IMG/VR virus record: IMGVR_UViG_3300037422_000060
Location: 1 to 31,304 of that record
Reading direction: 5' to 3' (one strand)
DNA from: a virus
Lineage: Duplodnaviria; Caudoviricetes
DNA length: 31,304 nucleotides
Shown piece after piece: positions 1 through 6,656 of this stretch (its first letter is position 1; each line of letters begins with the position of its first letter). The notes beneath the pieces are model-generated. The model saw nothing but the letters and a program-made list of their open reading frames with translations. It did no database searches and was not told the DNA's origin. A program made the translations under genes and the position numbers.

Positions 1-82
1 GCTGGACACCGGACAGCTGGACACCGGACAGCTGGACACCGGACAGCTGGACACCGGACAGCTGGACACCGGACAGCTGGAC
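1..82 (+). repeat. 15-bp tandem repeat (GCTGGACACCGGACA) x5 plus a partial copy, truncated by the window edge
   Basis: Five exact copies at 1-75 followed by GCTGGAC. Reads (LDTGQ)n in frame 2. Confidence 0.97.
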
Positions 83-268
83 GTGGACAGCATCCCTGTG
101 GTCATCATCGCCAAGCCTGTCCGTCGGACACGGGCACTGGCGTGGGACAGGGGGCGCGCCATTGCCCTGCTGTCCACAACAGACATGTCTGACGAGAGCA
201 TTGGTCAAGAAGTTGGTTGTTCCTACAAAACGATTGAGCGTCTTCGAAAAAGGCAGGTTACGAAATGA
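2..268 (+). CDS. 3' part of a repeat-containing protein with a C-terminal helix-turn-helix (SpdA/plasmid-transfer accessory-like), 5'-truncated
   Basis: The frame of ORF 83..268 stays open back to position 2 through the LDTGQ repeats. The C-terminus SDESIGQEVGCSYKTIERLRK fits an HTH. The stop overlaps the next start (ATGA at 265-268). Confidence 0.7.
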   Translation: MDTGQLDTGQLDTGQLDTGQLDTGQLDVDSIPVVIIAKPVRRTRALAWDRGRAIALLSTTDMSDESIGQEVGCSYKTIERLRKRQVTK

Positions 269-2178
269 GTGCGGCAGTTGCGCGCCGATCTCTGAAACGT
301 CGAGCCGCTGTTCTAGCGTGGCGTTTCGTCACGGGGCAGCCTCTTGACGGACGTAGGCGAACCAATGCAATTTTCCATAAGCGGGCAACGCGCTCGCTTG
401 ATCCGAGCAACTGGGCGTCGCCATGGGCAATGATGGCCGGATGGCAGCGCGCGGCGTGGCGGTTCATTGCGGTGTACCTGGTCGGCATGTCGGCGTTTCT
501 TGTGCTCGGTGCGCAGTTTGGCATGTCGGTGAGCGCCGTTCTGTTGTCACACGCGCTCTGGGGACTCGGTCCCGCGAGCGCCTGTGGCGCATTTCGCTTG
601 GTTCGGTGGACCGGGGCCACGTTGATTTACCCCGTTCTGGCGTTTGAGCGCAAGCGTTTGCAATATGAAGGATGGTCTAAGTTTCGGGTTGATGGTCGGC
701 GCGGTTGGTACAACATCCGTGTTCGCCCGTGCGCCATGGCCGTTGCGAGCGTGCTGGACCTGCAATACGACAAGCGGCGTGCCCATCGGCTTGTGAGCGT
801 GCCGCGCGACTACATGAATCCTGACGGGCGTAAGGTGCGAGTTAACTTGCCCCTGGCTTTCGTTCCGGATGATGGAGTAAAGAAACGGCTGGCGAGGGCG
901 GTCGGCGCACGCCTGGGGATGTCCGATCCGGCCGTGACGTGGACTCTTGATACGGATAAGCCGTATGCGGAGATTGGTCCTCGCCCCGTTCCGCCGGGGA
1001 ATATCTCGTTTGAGGAAGTTGTCCGTATCGCGAACAGTCTTCCGCCCAATAAGTTGCTTGCTGGACTTGCGGCGGGCGCCGAACCCTTGACTCTGGACTT
1101 AGAGGCAGAGTCTCCGCACATTGGTCTGTCGGCTGGCTCTGGGGCAGGGAAATCTACTCTTGCGCGGCTACTGGTAATGCAGTGGCTGGCGCGTGGTGGC
1201 TATGTAATCATTCTTGATTTCAAGGAGATCAGCCATGAGTGGGCCGAGGGTTTGCCTGGCGTAGCCATCATGCGTGATCTCAGTGAGATTCACGATGCCC
1301 TTGTGGCTCTCGGTGAGGAATGCGACCGGCGGAAGAAGGAAGCGCGCGGACTGAGGGGCAGTGAACTATTGCGCCCGCGCGTGATGATCCTGTTTGAGGA
1401 GATGAATACTACCGTTCCGTTGCTCAAGGGCTATTGGGATGAACTTCGCGCAGTTACAAAGATCAACGATCCCGAGACGTGGGCAACGATGCCTAAGCGC
1501 AGTCCTGCTATTGCGGGAGCGGAGTCGTGCGTCAACATGGGGCGCCAGGTGAAATTGCACGCGTTCTATATTGCTCAGCGGTTCTCCGCTGCCGCCGTCG
1601 GGGGTGGGGACATTCGAGAGAGTTTTGCCCTGAAACTGCTTTCTCGGTACTCTCCGCAGACTTGGCAGATGCTCTGTCCGGACATTCGCCCCGCCCCCAA
1701 AAAACCCGTAGTCCTGGGGCAGTGGTATTCGGTGTCGGGCGGTACGGCCACTCTGTTCCATTGCCCAAAGGTGGAGGATCATGAGGCGCAGGAATTCGCC
1801 AGGAGTGGGTTCACCAATCCCCCTAGTCCCTACATTTCCGGGTGGGAACCCGTGCGGGTTGACCTAGGTCGCGACCTAGGTGTTTCTGCCGGCCAGGGGG
1901 CGGGTGAGGCAGTTGGGTCAAGTCATGTGACATCAGGGACTGTGCTTATGGAGCGCCGCGGAATGCCCCTGTCGGCCCTGGTCGAGTACATTGACCGGGA
2001 AGAATGCACGCTAGACGTCCTGAGGAATGGGAGCAAGCGAGATCACTCGTTCCCCCGCCCCGTTGGGACCGGCGCCCGGAACGCCAACGAGTACGATCCT
2101 GACATGGTGCGAGAGTGGTGGAACAAGCGCGCCGCAGCCCGTGCGGCTATCGAGCGGGCGCGTGACCGGAAGCAGTAA
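265..2178 (+). CDS. FtsK/SpoIIIE-family DNA translocase, TraB-like (N-terminal TM region, P-loop motor, C-terminal HTH)
   Basis: Walker A region PHIGLSAGSGAGKST, then IILDFK, Walker B RVMILFEEMN, and GRQVKLHAFYIAQR motif. Hydrophobic segment at about aa 65-105. C-terminal FPRPVG..EYDPDMVREWW HTH-like domain. Confidence 0.9.
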   Translation: MSAAVARRSLKRRAAVLAWRFVTGQPLDGRRRTNAIFHKRATRSLDPSNWASPWAMMAGWQRAAWRFIAVYLVGMSAFLVLGAQFGMSVSAVLLSHALWGLGPASACGAFRLVRWTGATLIYPVLAFERKRLQYEGWSKFRVDGRRGWYNIRVRPCAMAVASVLDLQYDKRRAHRLVSVPRDYMNPDGRKVRVNLPLAFVPDDGVKKRLARAVGARLGMSDPAVTWTLDTDKPYAEIGPRPVPPGNISFEEVVRIANSLPPNKLLAGLAAGAEPLTLDLEAESPHIGLSAGSGAGKSTLARLLVMQWLARGGYVIILDFKEISHEWAEGLPGVAIMRDLSEIHDALVALGEECDRRKKEARGLRGSELLRPRVMILFEEMNTTVPLLKGYWDELRAVTKINDPETWATMPKRSPAIAGAESCVNMGRQVKLHAFYIAQRFSAAAVGGGDIRESFALKLLSRYSPQTWQMLCPDIRPAPKKPVVLGQWYSVSGGTATLFHCPKVEDHEAQEFARSGFTNPPSPYISGWEPVRVDLGRDLGVSAGQGAGEAVGSSHVTSGTVLMERRGMPLSALVEYIDREECTLDVLRNGSKRDHSFPRPVGTGARNANEYDPDMVREWWNKRAAARAAIERARDRKQ

Positions 2179-2212
2179 ACAGGATTGGCCCATAAGGTAG
2201 ACCAGATTGATT

Positions 2213-2252
2213 CTTGGTACCCCCAGTGCTACGCTGGGGGTACCAAGTTTTT
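2213..2252 (+). terminator. Rho-independent terminator after the FtsK/TraB-like gene
   Basis: Perfect 14-bp stem CTTGGTACCCCCAG/CTGGGGGTACCAAG with a 7-nt loop, followed by TTTTT. Confidence 0.9.
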
Positions 2253-2274
2253 ACTAAGAACTTAGGGAGGGTCG

Positions 2275-2448
2275 ATGGAGATCAGCGAGGCGGGGCGCGT
2301 TGCGCTCGCGGAACTTCTTGTGTTCTTGCTTGAGAACCGCGCGCAAATGTGGCGCGTAATGTGGGTTGGAATTGCGCTAGCAGTCGTTGGTCTCGGGGGG
2401 GTGGCTCACGCCGCATGGCGTGACCACAGAAGGGGGGGAAGTGAATGA
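2275..2448 (+). CDS. Small membrane protein, 57 aa (not in the ORF track)
   Basis: RBS GGGAGG, then ATG at 2275. Translates as MEISEAGRVALAELLVFLLENRAQMWRVMWVGIALAVVGLGGVAHAAWRDHRRGGSE*. ATGA overlap with the next gene. Confidence 0.75.
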   Translation: MEISEAGRVALAELLVFLLENRAQMWRVMWVGIALAVVGLGGVAHAAWRDHRRGGSE

Positions 2449-2789
2449 TTGGTGTTTCCGTGGAGCACATGAGGGAGTCGAACCGCGCAAGCCTGATGCG
2501 CACCCGGATGGTCATGGGTTGCGTGACCGATTGTACTGTTGGGGGACTCGCGGCCGGCGGGGCGGTTTGGTTAGCGTACGCTGGCCAGTCGACTTTTCGA
2601 GTGGCAGCCGTTGGCCTGATTGGAGTTGCTCTGATTGTGGTCGCAGGTGGCGCCCGGAATCAGGGCACGGACCCTGACGACAAAGAAGTAAAGAAGTTGC
2701 ACCACCACGTGAGCGCCCTAGAGGAACGTGCAAACTCCCTGGATCACCACGCTGTCGCGTCGGCCAAGGGTGTGTCCAGTGGGCAGTGA
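2445..2789 (+). CDS. Hypothetical membrane protein (2 TM plus short coiled coil)
   Basis: Two hydrophobic segments followed by KEVKKLHHHVSALEER. Translationally coupled to the upstream ORF. Confidence 0.65.
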   Translation: MIGVSVEHMRESNRASLMRTRMVMGCVTDCTVGGLAAGGAVWLAYAGQSTFRVAAVGLIGVALIVVAGGARNQGTDPDDKEVKKLHHHVSALEERANSLDHHAVASAKGVSSGQ

Positions 2790-3054
2790 GCATTCGGATG
2801 TGTTTGCGGCCCTGCGTGCACGGGAGGCCGAACGCCCTCGGACGGAGATCGAGGACAACATCTATGTTGCATCTGTGGTTGCGGAAGCAGTCGGGGCAAT
2901 CCTGTCCGGGCTGCCCCGCATGGCGCAGGTTCATCTGCGGAAACTTAGTCCAGCGCAACTGCTGAAAGTTGCACTCTCGTGTGCGATACTAGGTCAGGTG
3001 GCGCCGCAGGGCGCACTGGTTCGCAGTCCGGGGGAGGGTGCACATGGAACATGA
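2779..3054 (+). CDS. Hypothetical protein
   Basis: GTG at 2779 in the frame of ORF 2728..3054, with AAGGG upstream. Tiles the operon. Confidence 0.55.
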   Translation: MGSEHSDVFAALRAREAERPRTEIEDNIYVASVVAEAVGAILSGLPRMAQVHLRKLSPAQLLKVALSCAILGQVAPQGALVRSPGEGAHGT

Positions 3055-3385
3055 AGGGTACGCGGTCGGGTCCAGGGCTGAGCAAGTGGCACGGTGGGAC
3101 CAATGGAGCAAGAATCTTCCGATGGACGGACTTGCTGCCGCACTCAAGGGCAATGATGCTGGACTCCGTGCGATCGTTGGGGAAATGACACCCGAGGAAG
3201 CGCACAGGGTTGCGCTCGCAGCAGCCGCGCTCGCGGGTGTAGCGGCGCGGCGCGCATGTTCCGGGCAAGCGAAGCATGTTCCAGCGGAAGCGATAGCGAC
3301 CGTGCGCAAATATTCTTACCGCAAGCCGAACAAGGAAACGATCAAGGTTCACAATCCGGACGATGAGCAGATGGAATTGTTTTAA
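3044..3385 (+). CDS. Hypothetical protein
   Basis: GGAGG RBS at 3033-3037, ATG at 3044. Abuts the next gene. Confidence 0.65.
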   Translation: MEHEGYAVGSRAEQVARWDQWSKNLPMDGLAAALKGNDAGLRAIVGEMTPEEAHRVALAAAALAGVAARRACSGQAKHVPAEAIATVRKYSYRKPNKETIKVHNPDDEQMELF

Positions 3386-3862
3386 GTGAGGCGCCGGCCA
3401 CGGTACGGACGCAATCGCTATGTCCTGGGGTTCAAGCTCGGGATCGGCTACGGAGAAGTTTACGCGTACCGTGTCCGGCGCCCATCGGGCAGGGGGTTCC
3501 CCACTCGGTGGGGTTACGTTGGGCAAACGGGGTCACCGGACTTGCGGGATGCGCAGCACAGAGAGTCTCAGAATTGGGCAGACCTGATCGCGTCTCGGCG
3601 CGTGTTGTTCCACATGCAGCTCTGCCCTCAGTTTGTGCTCAATGTGGCAGAGTGGGCTCTCATCAAGTTACTTCGCCCCGTCTATAACGTTCAGCACAAC
3701 CGACGCAACGTTCGTGCAATTCCGCCATGGGTCGCCAATAAGCAACGAGCCCAGCGAGACACGGGCAAGTACGTCACTCCGCACGTGAAGGGATGGAAAG
3801 TCATTCTTTATTCTGCGTTCGTCGTTGGCCTGCTATCTGGTCTCATCGAGAAGACATTTTAA
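3386..3862 (+). CDS. GIY-YIG nuclease-family protein with a C-terminal transmembrane helix
   Basis: EVYAY...GYVGQT...R..QH...W...AE..LIK..RPVYNVQHN matches GIY-YIG motifs. The C-terminal VILYSAFVVGLLSGLI is hydrophobic. Confidence 0.75.
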   Translation: MRRRPRYGRNRYVLGFKLGIGYGEVYAYRVRRPSGRGFPTRWGYVGQTGSPDLRDAQHRESQNWADLIASRRVLFHMQLCPQFVLNVAEWALIKLLRPVYNVQHNRRNVRAIPPWVANKQRAQRDTGKYVTPHVKGWKVILYSAFVVGLLSGLIEKTF

Positions 3863-3877
3863 CGAGAGCGAGGAAGT

Positions 3878-4246
3878 ATGAAGGGGCATGCTCCATGGTT
3901 CGGGGACTCGTCACTTGAGTCCGTGCGGCCGAATCGGACAACCGAGGGTGGATGGCCTATCGACTGGCGTCCAATTCGCCCATTTGAGGCACTGCTCGAG
4001 TTTGAGGCAGTTGAGGAGTACGGACACCGTGACAGACTGGTGTTAACGAACACTCAGACTGGCGGAGCGCGGACAATGCTAATGCCTTCACTGTACGAAA
4101 TCCCGTCCCGCGATGATCGAATGGTGAACGCGGGCCGATTCTGGACCATCTATCGGACAGCGGTCGGGGCTAGCATTCTCCCGTGTATTGGTCCTTGGAT
4201 CGTAAAGAAGACTGGACATGTTTACCGGATAAGGATGATGTTCTGA
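3878..4246 (+). CDS. Hypothetical protein
   Basis: GAGG RBS upstream. The stop overlaps the next start (TGATG). Confidence 0.6.
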   Translation: MKGHAPWFGDSSLESVRPNRTTEGGWPIDWRPIRPFEALLEFEAVEEYGHRDRLVLTNTQTGGARTMLMPSLYEIPSRDDRMVNAGRFWTIYRTAVGASILPCIGPWIVKKTGHVYRIRMMF

Positions 4247-4680
4247 TGTCGCAGCACCTAGCGCGCCACACCGCAGCGCACCCGATTCCCGTTCAGCTCA
4301 AAGACGGGCGGATGGGTTGGCCTGAGATTGCAGTTGGGCCATACCATACTACAATGCATGAAGTGAAGAAATGGGAACGCCGTGGCGAAGTCATGGACGT
4401 TCGCAGGTTTGGCACTCGCGAGTACGGGCGCAAGCTTGCTGTCGCGTATGTCCGACTTAAGCCGTATCATTCACCTTTTCGGCAAGCGCTCCCTTGGGTC
4501 GGGGCCGCCGTAGTGGCCGCTGCCGGCCTAACGGCGTTCGCGGGGTACGTTCTCATGGCTATGGTGTCTGCGGCGCTGAGCTTTGGCCTGAGCGGGTTCC
4601 TTGGCGTCCTCGGCGTGGTCGGGGTAGCACGGGCGCTGCTTCGTGGTTGCGGACGGTTGCACATCGTGCGCTGTGAGTAA
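4246..4680 (+). CDS. Hypothetical membrane protein (C-terminal TM hairpin, Cys/His tail)
   Basis: ATG at 4246 is coupled to the upstream stop. Long hydrophobic C-terminal region ending CGRLHIVRCE. Confidence 0.7.
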   Translation: MSQHLARHTAAHPIPVQLKDGRMGWPEIAVGPYHTTMHEVKKWERRGEVMDVRRFGTREYGRKLAVAYVRLKPYHSPFRQALPWVGAAVVAAAGLTAFAGYVLMAMVSAALSFGLSGFLGVLGVVGVARALLRGCGRLHIVRCE

Positions 4681-4693
4681 CCACGCACGGCGT

Positions 4694-4745
4694 GCAAAAA
4701 CGGGCCGTAGGGGGAGAGCGAACTACCCCTACGGCCCGTTTTTGC
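4694..4745. terminator. Bidirectional terminator between the convergent plus-strand module and the lysis genes
   Basis: Perfect 20-bp inverted repeat GCAAAAACGGGCCGTAGGGG (4694-4713) / CCCCTACGGCCCGTTTTTGC (4726-4745), giving a U-tract on either strand. Confidence 0.92.
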
Positions 4746-4832
4746 TTGGTGCCTGACGAAAGCAGCCACCCCTAGCGTACCCGATCGCCCCCGCCACGGA
4801 CAGGCCTGCGCGGCACGCCCGGGCGGGCCGCT

Positions 4833-4881
4833 GCACTGCTCAGGCGTGCCGCGCACTGCTCAGGCGCGCCGCGCACTGCTC
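4833..4881. repeat. 20-bp tandem repeat (about 2.5 copies) spanning the holin stop codon
   Basis: GCACTGCTCAGGCG(T/C)GCCGC at 4833 and 4853, and GCACTGCTC at 4873. Confidence 0.85.
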
Positions 4882-5261
4882 TTCTCGGCGTCCGGCCATG
4901 GATCTACCTGCGCAATGAGCGCGGGCAGCGGAGCGGAAGCACCCGCCTTTGGAATCACCTGCCCGCGCGTCACGAATGCGAAGACGACCAGAACCAACCC
5001 CGTAAGGCTTGAGGTCAGCTCCTCGCTCAATTCAAGGCCATACTGGGCCGTGAGCGCAACGGCTGCCGTCACGATTGCCGTGAAGATTGCTGGGGTCGCC
5101 GGTCGTGTCGCGTATGCAATCAGGCACGCTCCAATGAATGCGACCACGGCGGACCCCTGACCGGCACTCAGGCCAGGAATCCGGAATCCGACCAGGGCGG
5201 CCACGATCCCCGCGATAAGCGCAATCCAGAGCGCGGGCTCACGCCCTAGGATGTTCTTCAT
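4860..5261 (-). CDS. Holin
   Basis: ILGREPALWIALI N-terminus typical of actinophage holins, about 4 TM segments, located downstream of the endolysin. Confidence 0.85.
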   Translation of the reverse strand: MKNILGREPALWIALIAGIVAALVGFRIPGLSAGQGSAVVAFIGACLIAYATRPATPAIFTAIVTAAVALTAQYGLELSEELTSSLTGLVLVVFAFVTRGQVIPKAGASAPLPALIAQVDPWPDAEKSSARRA

Positions 5262-5553
5262 GGGGTTTTCTCTCCATTTCCATTAGCTCGCGTCGCATGG
5301 CCAGGACATCACTCTGTAGGAGCACAATGTCCTTGTGTGTTTGAGCTATTCCACCTTCATTGATTGCCAATCGCTCGATAATGCCAGGGCGCCTATTCGC
5401 ACCCTCACCCGAACCTAGGCACTGGTCAAGTAATTGATTTAACTTGCGCATGGTTCGGAACATCCAACGCAACCCTCTCGCCACAGCATAGAGAGCACCT
5501 AGCACGCCCCCGGTCCAGAGCGCCCACTGAACCCAAAATGGAGTCGCGCTCAC
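5239..5553 (-). CDS. Lysis-cassette membrane protein (1 TM plus coiled coil)
   Basis: N-terminal TM and G..RPGIIERL motif. Lies between endolysin and holin. Confidence 0.75.
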   Translation of the reverse strand: MSATPFWVQWALWTGGVLGALYAVARGLRWMFRTMRKLNQLLDQCLGSGEGANRRPGIIERLAINEGGIAQTHKDIVLLQSDVLAMRRELMEMERKPHEEHPRA

Positions 5554-6632
5554 CGGTCAGTGCTGTCCCCGGTTCCATCACTGGACACGGAGACATCATC
5601 ATTATTCGGTGCGTCGGCAACGCCGAGCGCATCCCTGATCAGCTCAAGCGCACGGTGCGCCGCAACCTCGCCCGTCGTGCCCTTACGGATCAGGTCGAGA
5701 ATCGTGGCGTCGCGTTCGCTTGCCTGTCGGCTAGCCTCGGCAATGGCGGACAGGATCGAGTCTCGATCGGCATCGTCTGTGACCGCCGCAAGAATCGCAG
5801 CGTTCTGCGCCTTGAGTTCAGCGAACGAAGCTGCGTGCTCCTGTGCCCGCTTGAGAACGTAGTAATTGGTAGAGGCAAGGACACCCTGCACAGAGATGTC
5901 GTCGTCGCTGTAGTCCACCCCCTTGCCCGTAACAAGCCTGATTCTGTCAGTTAGTTCCACGTCGCGCGCTCCTTTGTGGACGAGTTTTATCAAGTCAGTT
6001 AGCGAGCCCCGGAAGGCGTTTGCGTCACATGCGTGCTGCTTGCCAATTACCAGTCGGCTACCGTACTGCCAGATCGCAGGAATAACACCCGAGTACGTTC
6101 CCCATCCCGCTCCGTTATCACCCGGGTAGACGTTCTTGAATGGGGATACCGGATTGTTTCCGTAGTGCGATGACCACAGCGGCGAGCCCAATCCCTTGAG
6201 CTTGTCACCGTAGAGCCACTTCGGTGCGTACACTACGGGGGTGTAATTTGGGGCCCTTTCCTTAAGCCTTGCCACGAACGCCTTGATTTCGGCAAGGTTC
6301 GGCGCTCGCTGCATGTATTCAAACTTTTCCGCGTCCACCTGTAAGATGAACGGCCCGTTGCGCCATCCGGGTGCCTGTCGATCCAGCAACGACAGGAAGT
6401 GATCAGCCTGCATGGTCTGATTGCCGGGGTGGTTAACGTAGTATGCGCCAAGCAGGGGAATTCCTGCGACTTTCGCGCGCCCATAGAACTGACTAAAGCG
6501 CGGATCTACGTATCCCCCACCCTCGCCGATCTTATGGGTCATGAACGAGATTCCGGCCGAGCGCGCGGCGGCAACATCAACGTCGCCGCGCCCCCAGTCG
6601 TGATTACTCGCGTCCCATCCAAAGATAGTCAC
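5550..6632 (-). CDS. Endolysin, GH25 muramidase with a C-terminal helical domain
   Basis: FGWDASNHD, GAYYV, QADHF, catalytic D-x-E (QVDAEK), LWSSHY, IWQY and DANAFRGS motifs. Confidence 0.92.
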   Translation of the reverse strand: MTIFGWDASNHDWGRGDVDVAAARSAGISFMTHKIGEGGGYVDPRFSQFYGRAKVAGIPLLGAYYVNHPGNQTMQADHFLSLLDRQAPGWRNGPFILQVDAEKFEYMQRAPNLAEIKAFVARLKERAPNYTPVVYAPKWLYGDKLKGLGSPLWSSHYGNNPVSPFKNVYPGDNGAGWGTYSGVIPAIWQYGSRLVIGKQHACDANAFRGSLTDLIKLVHKGARDVELTDRIRLVTGKGVDYSDDDISVQGVLASTNYYVLKRAQEHAASFAELKAQNAAILAAVTDDADRDSILSAIAEASRQASERDATILDLIRKGTTGEVAAHRALELIRDALGVADAPNNDDVSVSSDGTGDSTDR

Positions 6633-6656
6633 GCGATTCCCTCTCTGTGCTGATTG

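Noticed and set aside
1-82. Repeat array as a CRISPR array
   Set aside because: The 15-bp units are contiguous with no spacers, and no cas genes are present.
2945-3526. 193-aa minus-strand ORF in the left module
   Set aside because: It overlaps well-tiled plus-strand genes that have good RBSs or motifs.
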